Shown here: positions 27,219-40,900 of the stretch, piece after piece
Layout of the letters: each line of letters begins with the position of its first letter
How positions within the stretch are numbered: position 1 is the first letter of the stretch
Assembly (NCBI RefSeq): GCF_037042905.1
Contig: NC_087246.1
Location: 26,412,001-26,476,000, forward strand
DNA from: Lytechinus pictus
Lineage: Eukaryota
Reading direction: 5' to 3'
Length of the DNA stretch: 64,000 bases
Made by a program: the position numbers and the translations under genes
Notes under the pieces: model-generated
Database searches by the model: none
Seen by the model: the letters and a program-made list of their open reading frames with translations, nothing else
What the model was told of the DNA's origin: nothing

Positions 27219-28176
27219 ATAAACGAACCCGCCACGGACAGACAAGCCCACCAGAGCAAAGGATGATGGGAAGCGTAGAAACGAACGTCCTTGGTTCTCG
27301 CTATCTCGCGCTCCATCTTTGCCTGAGTAGTGCAATGAGTGCGCGCTCATGTCTTCCTATATACTAGCTCTGATTTCATTCTATTTCTCTCTTAATCACC
27401 ATCTATGTGTCTTGGCCTATTTTTCATTCAATCCTCAAGCTTTTCTCTGTTTCCTATCAACGAGATGCGGGGCAACAAACACTCCCTTTTCCTGTCTTCT
27501 TTCAACTATTTATAATCCCCAGTCTATAATCTAACCTACTTCTCACTTTCCCCCAAGGTTTCCCTTAAATCTCCCTCCCCTCAAAAACTGACAGAAACAC
27601 AGTAAAATGGGTCATTATATCAGGCAAATGAGCTAGACAGACTTAGTAGCTATTAATCCAGGAACTTGGTTAGATCTAACTGTAACCCACATTCTGCCAA
27701 ACTGGTAGGATTAAGAATCTTAGTCTAAACCTTTAGGTTCCTGTTTAATTGCCCTTTCATATCCTATCATCATACATTGCTCAAATTAGCTACTTGGAAA
27801 GCTCTGCACCAGTTTTTTTAGTTTTTAATGTCATTGTCCAGACAAAAGCAAGTCAACAAATTACTCTGGATTTGGCACAAGCTTCATCAGCTTAAAATAC
27901 AGAAATGACTTAGCTCGATATTCATATAAAATTACAACTAGGAAAAAATCACAGATATAATTCTCATTGTAATCTTATTGGCTTATTGCATTCTCAAAAA
28001 AAATGTACCGACCCAGAAACGGATTCATGGAAGGGTATTAAATGAAATTAGTATTCATTAAAATTGAGATAAAAGAATCGCTAAATTGATGGATCAAACA
28101 GGGAAAAATAATTAAACTTTAAAATTTATTGAGTGGTGGGAGTGCTGTCACTGCTGATGCATTAAATTTCAAATAC

Positions 28177-28267
28177 TTGTTCCCTACAATCAGAATAAAT
28201 ACATAATAAATGTTTGATCACTGGTTGTTCCCTACAATAAAAATAAATACATAATAAATGTTTGATC
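28177..28267. repeat. Tandem duplication, period 48 bp, two copies
   Basis: ttgttccctacaatcagaataaatacataataaatgtttgatc (28177-28219) versus ttgttccctacaataaaaataaatacataataaatgtttgatc (28225-28267); 2 mismatches. Confidence 0.95.
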
Positions 28268-28333
28268 GTTAATTTCAAGCACAGGTAACATTTTATTTCA
28301 GACATGGAAAAAGATTTAAATACAAAAAACAGA

Positions 28334-28638
28334 GGGTGCTAATGTAATTACCATGGTTTACTTAACCTTGGTTAACTTAAACCACACTAACCAGGAGTGC
28401 CAGTTGTCAACTTATTCACCAATTAAATATTATTCTTATCCTGTGACAAAAAGTTGTCAGAAATTCAATTGTGAAAGTAAAAGAATAGTAAAATACAAAA
28501 ATATTGTTTTTGCATTGGTACATTATAGTTGCCATGACTATGTAAGAAGTATTATGAAGCCAGCATTCCAAAAAGTGTGGTTTCAAATTCTAGTGCAGAC
28601 TAGGGTTAAACCAAGGAGTAATTATCAGACTACCACCC
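28334..28638. mobile_element. Highly decayed MITE-like inverted repeat
   Basis: gggtgctaat..aattaccatggttta..aaaccacact at left versus agtgtggttt..taaaccaaggagtaatt..actaccaccc at right. Confidence 0.4.
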
Positions 28639-29086
28639 AGACAGTGTCTTGTGCATGGTACCAGACAATTAGCACTCCTGTGTAGAACCAATGGAATGGT
28701 TAATGAGACAATGAGTGTGATTTGTTTAGGCCTACACATTGCAGAAATGACCAGAGTAGTGCATAGACTCTAACCATTGATAGTTGTTTCATTTTCCTTT
28801 CTTAAAAAGTCACCAGATAACTTGAGTTTATATCACATGATTTCTTGCGTGGAATTTTCATGGGATTTAGACAATATTATGAGACCACTTTCAACGGGCT
28901 TGGTACCAACTAATCACCATCAAGCTCCTGCTTCTCACCATAATCTCTAACAGCAACTCTTGGAAAACAGAAAACAATTTCATATTATAAAGGCTTTAAA
29001 GTTTAAGGAAATAATTACAGCACCTCTGAAGTGGATCAAACATCTGGAAATATGTTTGTTATGAGAGAGAAATCTAATAAATCTAC

Positions 29087-29206
29087 CTCATATCTGGTAT
29101 TCTTAGAGGGTCCCCCAGGACACCCTCTCCAGTTAAATCATTCCCCGCTACCATCATGGACCTACTACAGATGCTACCATCAACCCTCTAACCATGTACC
29201 GCACAA
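29087..29206 (-). other. Candidate 120-nt exon containing an ATG
   Basis: Minus strand: acceptor ttttctcttctcctttcttggtatttataattgcag|TTG, weaker donor GAG|gtagat. The ATG at 29157 opens MMVAGNDLTGEGVLGDPLRIPDM through to the donor. Confidence 0.35.
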
Positions 29207-30817
29207 CTGCAATTATAAATACCAAGAAAGGAGAAGAGAAAATTGCTGCATTATGAACATACTGACACTTATTTACAGACCTCGGTTGGGGCCCCGCCTA
29301 TTAAAAGACAGGGGAAAACTTTCCCACAGCCCTCGTTCCCCCTCTGGAGTTGAGTGTATGTCTGAGTAATTTATTTTTTTTATCCAAATGATTTTTCTTC
29401 CCCTTTCTCTTGTGAAGGAATAAATATTGGAATGATGAGAAGTTATTAGAGACCCGCTGGAAAGAAGGCTCCATTTAATAGGCTGTGAATCATAGGCAAG
29501 TCTAGAAACTAGTGATTTGATTAGGAGGGAGTTTATAGGCTTCAAGGGGACAAACTTGCTTCAAACAATCAAAAACAGTTAGCAGCTCCAACGCCATGTC
29601 AAGCTACAGCTGAACCAGAAACGAAACAAGAAGGGTTTCGTGTTGAATAAATCAAATCAACCTCAATTTTGTTCAAAGATGATATTTCTTACGTAGTGAA
29701 AACAACATTGAAGGAAATTCTCATTTTTTTTTATTAATATGAGTTTTGAAATTGTGCATGAATGTGGTTGGCTACACTTAGGATTACAATTATTGGTACA
29801 GCAAACTAATCATTTTTCCCAAGCCTGGGACACAAGCTCAAGCATACAATGGTCAATATTATTATTGAGCCTGACCTTGACAATACAAATGTTTAGAATA
29901 TCTAAATAAAAACATTGTAGGAAAGGGGAATAACTATCTTGGCATGGTGGCACAGCATTAGGAAATGACTTTTCATCACAAATATCTTGGGATGTACGAA
30001 TTACCACCAAGCCTGTATGGAACCTCACTTATGATGACAATAATAGCTAGAGATTAATTGATTTTAATCCTACTCCTATTGACAAAGTTACCAGCAAAGA
30101 CTAGACATCAATATGTAGAAAAGGGCTGAATTTAGGAATATTAATAAAGACAGCTCAAGATTTTCTGAGGTGTCATTACATTAATTCATTTTCAAAACAA
30201 AGGTTATTCCTTTGTTTCCCTACTGCCTGTTCCACCAAAGTTTGAATTCCTTTACAAGATCTCAATTTCATGCCCAACTAACAATGTATGCCTCAAGCCA
30301 ACTGACCAGAACTGACCAATACTAGTCTACTGTTACAGACTTTATCAAAACTCAGACCACTTTGCTTGTTACAGAGAAAAGAATATATCTAATTTGTGAT
30401 ATTTACTTCACAATTATCTTGACATATTTTAAATTATCTGTGTGAAAAGAAGCTATCATAGAGTCAAGTTTCATTTTAAAACCAATGAAATATTAAGATC
30501 TTGTTTCAGGTAAATACTATGTGTATACACCTATTTCATTTTGACCCCCCCCCCCCCCATAAAAAAAACCAAACCAACATAAATAGACCAAACAACTCAA
30601 GCAGGAATGGGATGATATTCATTTAATATATTTTGCATTATTTAATCTGTTTATAAATGTATCATTCTCAATTCATATAATCTCCAAACACCACACAACA
30701 CTGACAATATATTTGTATGAAGCCTGGAATAACAGACTATTAAAGTATCTCATCAAGATCTTGCAAAAACCACAAAACTTATCCTCAGGACATGTTCTGT
30801 GTCTATGCAAAGATGAG

Positions 30818-30852
30818 GGTTCATTTAAGGTCACCGGGGTCATGTCAGGTCA
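30818..30852 (+). promoter_or_regulatory. Array of four direct nuclear-receptor half-sites (DR4-DR3-DR4)
   Basis: GGTTCA ttta AGGTCA ccg GGGTCA tgtc AGGTCA, with an extra inverted half-site TGACCT at 30871-30876. Confidence 0.6.
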
Positions 30853-31049
30853 AGATGCCAATTGCTAGCATGACCTCCTGAGGACACTGCTAGGAGCCTT
30901 CAAATACAAACAAAACAATGAAAAAATACAAAAAATATGCAGCATTCTTAATTTGTGTACTCACTTGAATATGATAGTATGCCTATAACTATATGGATAT
31001 ATGAACATTGATTTCAAGGAATTAACTTGTACACTTAACCCCCTCCCCA

Positions 31050-31075
<26 letters not shown>
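31050..31075. repeat. (CT)n microsatellite
   Basis: Pure dinucleotide run. Confidence 0.95.
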
Positions 31076-31081
<6 letters not shown>

Positions 31082-31802
31082 AAAACGGCAGTCAAGAAAA
31101 GTTCAGTTCAGCTTTAAGAGTGTGTACATCTTTTGACAAAATCAATGACCAAAAGTGATTTTAACCCACTTTCTTAAATGCCAGAGTCAATCTTGTAAAC
31201 ACAAACATGGTTTAATGACTACGATGTAAAGTTGCTGGTTTGTATTCTGCATCAAAATATTCTTGAAGAATGCCAACATCCGCATTCCGTGTGACCATCA
31301 TTATCTTTCTGAATTTCTAGATTCAATAGACCTACTTAGACGAAAACCCTGGCCAAATGAAATGGAAATAATAAACATGTAGATCTTGAATGTACAGCAG
31401 GTCCAGCTAAGTGAGTGAAAGTGACGATCCGCACCCAATATCGCGCGATGTGATTTGGAGGGTGTTGATCTAACTGACAGCAAACATGTAAAAAGAACTT
31501 GTTTAGGATCTCATTCTCCCATGAAACTACCTGTGTATGTTTCTCTCTTGATGATCGCTAGGAATGCTCAGCTGGGGATGCCAGCTTGTTTTCTTTCCCA
31601 TATTCATTCCATTCTCTTTCCGCCATCAAGTCCACAAAGATAGCTTGTAATTTGAGGTGAGGGAGATCTTCAAATCCTATTCAATTGGTGTGAAAACATG
31701 ATTGCTCCTGCATGATAATATTCATTCCTATACTTTAAACTGCATTTCTTTAACCTCCCTCAATACCCCATTGTGAATTGATTACTTTTTGGTCATGTTT
31801 AA

Positions 31803-32187
31803 AGGTAAAAGACAGTAGTTGCAGCAAACAATTATTTCATGAGAGTCTTTTGAATCAAGGTTAATTGTCAAAATATCATCATACATCTAGATCTGGTACA
31901 TAAGTGTAAACTTATCTTTGTAAAATCATGAAATCTTAGCTCAAAATCGATAATTCTGTGGATCACTAACACAGAAAAGCATATGTGGGACAGTGTATTA
32001 ACATTGCTTTGAAAAATACCCGACATTTGAAGGAATACTTAATTTTCTCATTGCTTAGCAATTACACAATTTCTACCAGAGCTAATCGGCACATACTTTT
32101 TATTTATACATACAAACAGTTTGGTGGTAATTTCATTGGATTTGTTTGAACACATTTTGAGATCGTTACCACAACTGGTATTTATCT
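31803..32187 (+). mobile_element. Kolobok-type MITE family A, older copy (~385 bp)
   Basis: TTAA on both sides (31799-31802, 32188-32191). Colinear with 43780-44173 and 53325-53718 (cagtagttgcag..tctagatctggtaca..gtgggacagtgta..gatcgttacc). Confidence 0.9.
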
Positions 32188-34564
32188 TTAATGACAAAGT
32201 TTACATCCGGATTCAGGTTATCCACGTTATCGGATTAAGTGTGAAGAGGGATCAAACTCTCAACAAGTTTAATTAAGAATTTCCAGAAATAAACATGACA
32301 AGACTGAAAAATTATCACCCAGTAATGCCAATCTCTCTCTTGTCTATGATATTTCTATTCATTTGATCTGAGCCTTCTTGTTAAATTTTGAAATCAACCC
32401 CAAGGTCATCAAGGTTTGTTGTTGACTTTATATAATCCTTTAAATTCAACGAATCGTGAATTAAGATGACTTGCACTCTCATAAAGAAATAAGTCAATAG
32501 AACAGCCTTAGATTTAAAAGCTCTGAAATGTCATGTGATCACTGAAGCATGTCAAGAGAAAGAAAGAACTGCAAACAAATTCTAATTAAGAGAGTAGGCC
32601 CTATAGACTACATAGATAGACGGTGGGTTTAAGTGGAATATGTTATTGCAGAGATATTTTAGTTATAATGTCATTACTCAATGTCATTCCGATAGCCATG
32701 GTAAAGCTCTAATATACACTCCTTTTCCCACCACACATATCACACCACTTGATGTTGAAAAAAATCTATTAAGTAAACAATAGAAATAATACTAATGTGT
32801 AGCTTCCTACGCTACCGTAATTATAATACCGAGTCTGCAATCTTGCCTGAACTATCGCTACTGCTCTTGAGATATAAAACTGTATGGAATAAAAAAAAAT
32901 ATGTCAACTTTCCTCTTGAAAAGCTTGGCAAATATTTGCTAATGAACAATTATTTTCCAAAGCCTGATTCTGAAAGGAGAGAATAAAAGCGAAAAAGGAA
33001 AACAAAAAAGAACTGTTGTTCAAGGCCCTATCCATCATTTTCTCATCTAGATCAAAGAACAAATATAAAGACTTTGTAATGCGTGAGTAATACAAGCCCA
33101 AATCTAAGCACTTAAACCCATGCAAATCAATGCAAGGGAGAGATGTGGAGGGGAAAAAATGATCAGAAAATGTCCAGCAGAAATGTAAACCGAGAAGGGT
33201 GATTTAATGGAGGTAGGAGCAAGAGAGAGAAAGGTGGGAACGAGAGAGAAAAAGAAAATAGGGGAAAAGACAAGAGGGTTTAGTGGAATTTCTTTAGCAA
33301 TGCCTTGTAGGCATGCGAAGCGCTTGAAATGAGGTCAGCTAAGCCCCTCTGTGCACCATGTGTGATGGTTGAAAGGCGGGTCTAAACTCAAGACCATGGT
33401 GATGAAAGATCACAAGCTACGCGCAGTCAAACATCCAATCAACATATCATCCCAAAATTCAAATCGGCCAGTGAAAATTAAGATCCCAACAAATATTACA
33501 ATTGTCTTGGTAGGACTGTTTTAATGAGAAACGGGCTAAGGATCAAGGTATGAGTCCATCAGGTAGGATGGTCATTGCAGGGTTAATCAGAAGAAAGAGA
33601 TTTAATGACAAACTGATGGATTTAGAGAGGGTCCACTCGGCCATTGCCAATGCTGTTAGTTTAACCTTTCCAGAAGTACGCTAATTCTCACTCTGTCAGC
33701 AGGGGGGCATTCTACCGCCCCTCTCAAGGTCTTTTATGCGCATTAATTAAGACGGGATAGAATTACCAGTGCTTTCCTATCAACAAGAAGAAAAAGGGCG
33801 CCTTAATGCTGACATTTGGTCTTTGTTTTCACAGGAAAATGAAATTATGTGGACGAGGAGTGATCATCGAGTTGGTCTCGCTCTGTACCCCCATCATTCT
33901 AGGGAGAGTAATTTGTGAGCGAGATTAGATGAAGCTGTTTGTCATTAGTGGCATAATACCAGCCATAAATCTCAAAATACTGATACTGCCATTTGTTAAC
34001 GATGGCCACTGATTTGAACATGACAGAGAGAACGACATGCCTGCAGAGATTAACAATGATCGCATCCTGGGCAAAGTCCACGGCTTCCAGTGTGTCACTA
34101 TTCCAAGCCGACAAATAAAATTAAAGAGGAGTAGGATCAAAGGGAAGAGATAATCCCATCCCAATAGGTGTAGAGATTATAATGTCCTCCTCCCATCAAT
34201 CCCGTTTCTAACGATAACATGTTCTATAATGTAACATGGGTAGGGACAGGATGCCTGAGGAAGCAGACTACAGCAGTCATCGCTCAAAGTCTTCTCTCCC
34301 CCTCCCCCCCCCCCCCATGACACCTAACCCTGCACTCACAGCATGTCATTTCCACAAGAGCAGAGTTCCCCGCTGTGCATCAGCACGATAGCTAGCTACC
34401 CCGTAATCTAAGCCGGAGAAGCGGAGCGCAGCCAGCCAGCCAACTAGTCAGCCTCACTCTCAGGCTATAGCTACGCAGAGAGCAGTGGAGGGACAGGCAT
34501 CCGTAGCAACAGCAGACCTGGCAGAGACTCTAGCCCTCCCGACAACCCTCTTGATTTCTCTCTA

Positions 34565-34834
34565 CACAGTAAAAACTAAAAACTTTGGATAAAAAATTTA
34601 TACAACGCTGTTCACTATATGAACATTAACAGTAGTTGTTATAGCAGTTAAAACGACCATGCTTAATTATTGAAGATCTAATGTCAACAATTGAACTTTA
34701 AGATTTTAAACACATGGGTTTAACTGTAAACTACTAGTAGTGACAACTGTCAAGTTCATATACATAATATACATAAATGTAGTAATTAAATTAACCTTGT
34801 GTACAAATTTTAAGCAACATTTTTAGTTACTGTG
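34565..34834 (+). mobile_element. Non-autonomous element with CACAGTAA...TTACTGTG ends (CACTA/EnSpm-like termini)
   Basis: Terminal inverted match cacagtaa / ttactgtg. The body aligns with 43400-43642 (actatatgaac..acagtagttgtt..accatgcttaatt..aagattt.aaacac). Confidence 0.65.
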
Positions 34835-36692
34835 TTTAAACCCTCCAACACTGCTTCACGCCAAACTGCGAGAATGAAACAGAAGGAAGTACAATCCTAA
34901 AATGCAATTTTATTTCAATTGGGGTTTTTAAGTGCTGACGAAGTGTAACACAATACATAACAAATGAGACTTTAACATTTTTTGAAAGGTCCCCAAGATA
35001 CTTCTTTTCAGGAAAAAGCCATATTTTCACATAAAATTAATAGACTGGCAAAAGATAGATATGTAACAACCTAACATAGGGCCTTAGGCCTTATTGAAAA
35101 AAAAAAATTAAACTAACATTGTCATTCATAAATAAACAACCTTTATTCCAGAATGTGATAAATGACATGAACAATTATCTTAACAACAATTAACTATACA
35201 TGTATAGACCTATAGGCCTGCCTGTTACAGGCCTGAATATCTTCTAACCCTGTGAAGAAAACTAGCCTACTTCCCTTGCTATATTGAGAGTGTGTTTTGA
35301 CATTTCACTCCTACTAAAGGTTCCTATTACAGTGCAGCTCAGAACGCCACCTTTGTGCTTGGAGCGTATCTGAAGCCCGTAACACGATTCCCGCTTAGCT
35401 ACGCCGCATACTAAAACCAGACGACTACGGTGAGGGGAATACCAACACTCAGCAGGCAAGGTTTGATTGAGGCTGATCCTCCGTGCTTGTTCAACGTGAG
35501 TCACATCTTACGGGTTTCCCTCCACAGTCCCAGTCCTTCATTTTCATGTCAGCAAGCCTGTCAAATCGTCGTCTTGGCTGATCAATCTGTCAACTTCACT
35601 TCGCAATGTCACTACAAGCATACTCTTTTTGCCTTTTTACTTTGCATCAACATTTACCATAAGACTACAAACTATAATACATGCCACTCATATTCATCCC
35701 ACACGCATCACAGCCAGCAATTTTCATGTTTGTTTTCCTAATTACAAAAGCTTCGTATTAAGTCAGACTATCAACTTGGATTTCAAATATTAAATTCCGC
35801 CCTTTGTTATCACAATCTTTCATTAAAACCCTCCCCGATCTCTCACATGCAATCAATCAATCAATCTTTACCTTTATCAGAAAGAAAGAAACCCCATTGA
35901 ATTTGGTAGGTTAGAAGCTTTGTAATAAATCTTGGGGTTTCCAAACCATTTAACAGACCAGATAATGGCCTTCATACTGGAAGATATATTTTACCAGAAG
36001 GTGATTAAATCTCGTTAGAAAATCTACATAAAACATGGCAACTCTATCAACTGGTAAATTACTACATACAAAGCAATACATCATTACATGCACCAAAATT
36101 ATATGAGCATTATACTTGAGGTTTAGTGAGAAAATGTATATTCTAATTTAGGCAGATAATTTTCCAAATCACAGCACAGTAGAAATCACCAAATCACAAA
36201 ATTGTATTGATTGCTTAAAATCAAAAGACATATTTCTTACTCATTTTTACAACAATATTGTATACAAAGGCATTGATCTTTTCATTCCTTTTGTCACAGA
36301 TGATAAAAGCAAGTATGTCTATATTGTCTGCAAACGAAGAATGAATAGCATTCACAACTCAACAAACCTGATATGGTTTTCATTTTTTATGTATCTTATT
36401 TTATGGAAAATAGAGAGGGGAATCGGATATATAAATTTCTTAAGCAAAGTCAAGCAATTTTGTTTTTATTTAGATTAGATAGATCGCAGAATCAAAATGG
36501 CAACTGTTTTTACCTTTTAAGGAAAAAATCGATCTTTTCTACAAATATTATTTCAATCATGTTTAAAGAGTTTGATGACAGAGGATTCAATGACATTTCA
36601 GGAATAAAATATTAAATTAGAAATGAAATATCAAATTGTAAGGTGTGATGAACAAAAAATGTTGTTAGCTTCGTTAAAATAAGAGAATGCTA

Positions 36693-36833
36693 GGGTTCGG
36701 TAACACAAAGCTTAGCAAATACTAGTAATCATAAAACTGCTTTTCATAACTGATTGTACATTGAGGTTCATGTAATCAATCATTTTAAAAAATGGTTCTA
36801 TGATTAATTGCTCAGTTTTGTGTGACAAGCCTC
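36693..36833. mobile_element. Decayed short MITE (~140 bp)
   Basis: gtaacacaaagcttagcaa at left versus ttgctcagttttgtgtgac at right, with an inner tgattgtaca..tgtaatcaatca dyad. Confidence 0.55.
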
Positions 36834-37806
36834 AGATGTTTCAACTAGACAAAACTATTTTTTTTAAACATGACAGAGGAATAACTTTAATATCATGAGA
36901 TTAAAGTAAAACTTTTACTTACAATCCAGATTAAAATAGTCTTAATTATCATCAATAACTAATTTATAATCCCTACTAACCTGTACTACATGTATTTTCA
37001 ATTCATGACGTTTCAAGAGAAGACAGTATAATACTAAATCAAGTGATCTATTTACCTGTAATGAAGATTCTAAGGAGCTACAGGTGAAGTCAGAGTTCTT
37101 GTTTCTTGATCAGACACAAGCTGTTATTTATTGGTCCAATCTAAATGAAGAAATACATAAAAGAAATACAATATTACTCAAAGAATTATCAACTTCAAAG
37201 CTCATCTTAAAAGCTCAATGATAACTACTTCTTGAATTTAAGACCTACATTCTTCCTAATGTAATCCTCTTTGGGTCACTGGTAAACAAGCGAAAGCATA
37301 TGGACTCGGATACAATGCTGAAACACTAGAAGGATATTTAACATACAAAATGAATGAGGAAAGCATAAGCAGAAATATCAATATTTGATGTGGCCTTAAT
37401 ATGAGAGAAGAATGCTGGATACTTCCTTCAGCACAAAGCCATAACTGATATCAAATTATCAATCATATATATTTTTTCTGATGAACATACATACTATAGA
37501 GAGAGCAAAATGGCTGCTTCATATAAATGCTGCTAATCCTATTATGTGATGGCCAAAGTATAGAAAATATTCATATTCTCTCGAGATATATCTCTCCAAG
37601 TTAACCACTGGCCTTGGATTGTACGATAAATAACAATTTTCCATCATACCAGTATAATTTAGAAACAAGAACCACATTCGATGTCAACATATTCATAGTT
37701 ATGTTATTGGTTTGTTAAACTTGCTTTAGATTTCATAGCTTTGCAAGATAATTAATAAACAAATCTTTCATGTAATCTTTGTTTTCATACATTCACATAG
37801 AGAGCC

Positions 37807-37900
37807 TTCTTTCATCTCTTTCTTTCTCTCTCTCTCTCTCCCTTCTCTGTCTATCTGTGTGTCTCTCTCTCTCTGTCTCTGTGACTCTCTCTCCCCTCCT
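37807..37900. repeat. (CT)n-rich tract
   Basis: Visible run; accounts for the RERE-type ORF 37793-37984. Confidence 0.9.
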
Positions 37901-40900
37901 CATTTTTTTTTTGGTCTTTCTATCCCTTATCCTGTTCTTATTACCATAATCACAACTTATACTAGGATCTTTTTCATAATTCAATATCTTCCCCTCCTTA
38001 CTCCCTCACCCTCTCTCTACCCCCTTATTGAGAGTGCCCACAAAATTATTCATCCAATATATTTGATATGTCTGACTGTTTGTCAAACAATCCATGATAA
38101 TACTAAATAATAATACAAATACCAATATTTCTATAGTGCCTTATTTCAAAAGATAAGGCGATATGCATCTGGAGTGCGTATCATCAACCTTACACGGCAG
38201 GAGGATATGGTCACCTGTCTTGCAATCTACAGTGAATTAATCTTTACAAGATGCGAAAGGTGTGAAGAGGGTTTACATCACTTCCGGCTCAACACAGGTT
38301 AGTGGGACACCTTCAAGACATTCTCAGACACAAGGCTCATTAAAAAAGAGCTTTACACTTTTCGCTTCGGCTCAAGTTTACATGAATTCAAACAAATATG
38401 AACGATGATAAAACGATACAAAATCTATCAAATCACGATTCCCTCATTCCGATCATGTTTCACAACATATTTCCTTAGAGTTTTGAACATATTTGCTTAC
38501 CTCCATATCTGCCTTACTCTCACTCTTATTAAAAATTTAATCACATAGTTTTATTGTGCTGACTTGCAGTATATACAAGTATTGTTTTATGACAGGGTAG
38601 CAGACAGACGAATGGAACGGTGTAGAAAGAATGTATGAATTATGTAAGACATTAAGTGGACTTGTTTTATCAGAGATGAAAATCAGTGATTAGAGATTGG
38701 TGACCTCTCGTCTACATCCAACACATCCAAAGAGACATGTCTCGGCTTTTAATACAGAGACTGCAACAGAGATCAATGATCATCCATAATGCAGACCTTC
38801 CCCCTCCTCCTCCTTCCTAATCCCTGAATATACAAAATATATTTTTAAAAGTTACACTGCTTACTTAAATGCCAATCTAATGTTATATGTTCATTGAGAA
38901 TATGGAGTAGAATGCTCGCACAATACGTACAAGGGTTCAATATTGGAACATCATACTATCATTTTAAAACGGTAAGCCATTTCCTGAAACCATTCCAAAG
39001 AAGTTCCTGTTCTAAAAAAAACATACCAAAATAAGAAAGATCAAGTTGATCTCACCAATGAATCTGGTCCATTCTTTGGTCTCGGCCCTAGCTTGCCTTT
39101 GATCAGGCCCCTGCCCTTAAATTTGGCCCAGGACCTGGACTATATTCTCACGTCCAAATTCAATCAATCAGAGATGAATACTCACAAGAAAGCCAAGGCT
39201 AAAAGTTCACACCATCACAAGGGTACAGTGATGGAGACCCTCAGCAGGCACACAAGACAATCAAATAAAGACAAACTTGTTATCACAATCATTTGAACAA
39301 GCCTGGTCAACTATTGTGACAAGCGTAGTCGTTGCAATTGGATCAGTGGTGACGGTACGACATTGTATTAATTGATGGCATTCCTTCTCAAAAGCTCATC
39401 TTTTTTCATGAGGCTTTCCTGTATAAAGTGTCGATGATAATCACAACTGATAATATAAACATTGGAATGGAACAACAAGCAGGCTTATTACTAAGGAAAA
39501 TGAATTTAGAGTGGAGATAAGCAGAGTCCGCCCATTACCGCACATCGCAACATGTACGGCCGGCCTGGAATTGTTTTCTCATTAATATTCATAATTTGTT
39601 TGATGAATTGCTTTTCACTCAAGCAAAAAACAAAGGAAGGAAATGAGAGGAAACAAGGTAATACATAAAAGCACTTTACAGCACACTAATGGAGATGAGA
39701 AAAATGCAAATTATCTAACTAATGGAGAATAAGATGAGAGAGCGTTATTCATTTGCAAGTATAATGAACTAGAACAACAAAACAGGAGAAAAAAATGGTT
39801 GTGAAAGATTAATGCAAGCTCCTTTCCTCTGTTCAAAGCTGAATAATACATTTGTCTTTCTGGAATTAATTTACACTTGTCAATAAACCGCAACCCTGGG
39901 AAATTGATAAGATATGCAAATGTCAGAATTTGATAGGTTAGATGGATCAAATTTTCAACAGTGTTTTAGCGAAGCACAGGCATTTATATGGATTGCGCTT
40001 GCATATTCCGGGAAAGCCAGCAGAAACACTGCCTGCCAAACGAACTGCTAAGTTACGCTGTTTTTAAAAGTTATCATCTTACTAATTGTGTTTCTGCAAG
40101 CGAGCAATTTTGCATGATTTTTTTTGCACCGATGAAGAGCATGTGAGATGCCACAGGGTTGTAGCAGAGTTTCTCTTACATGGTGTATGCAATAACAATA
40201 TATTAAGAAAAGAAAATAGTTTCTTCTCATAGTTGGAGCTTACTCTCTGACATAACAAACAAATGTATCCTACAGTGTCAACAAAACTACGCTACAAGGC
40301 GAATCATAAAGTTTTAACATATTTCCTTATAAAAAATCCTTCTGGTCTGTGAATAAAAATCAAAGCGCACTTCAACAAACACCCATTAATCTTAAATTCA
40401 TTTTATATTCATGAAATCCTAACCCATCTGTATCTTGAAAAAAAAATTGTGCGAAATCTTACGGTGACGTAAATACAACAGAGTGAAGGTAAAATGGGGA
40501 AAAGGGGATTAACAATATTGACCACAAATACTTACTTTCTCCTCAACCCTCCACAGTTAATCAAAGGCAAATTCTCAATAAATAGAAAAAAGCGAGTCGT
40601 CAAATTAAGCAGGCAATTTCTGGAAAGTATATGCGAGGGTTTACTGCACAAACTACTGCTTGGATATTGGCTTTTGATGAGCTCAAATCTCTCATTTTTT
40701 TCCCTTTCTTCTTAAATGCTGATTCGTTGAACTTCATTTGACCCATTCTCCCAAACCAATCCTAAAATAATATCATCTTCTCTAAGTTTTTTTTTCAATA
40801 TTACTACTTATGAACATAATATCAAAGGTGGTCTTGTTGCTATGTTATCTATTTGTGAAAGATATCAATCGGTTTCTTTTCATCTTATCTGATGTAGAAG

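Noticed and set aside
27009-27266. 85-aa ORF in a GC-richer island
   Set aside because: It starts at GTG and has no recognisable homology; the island is better explained as regulatory DNA.
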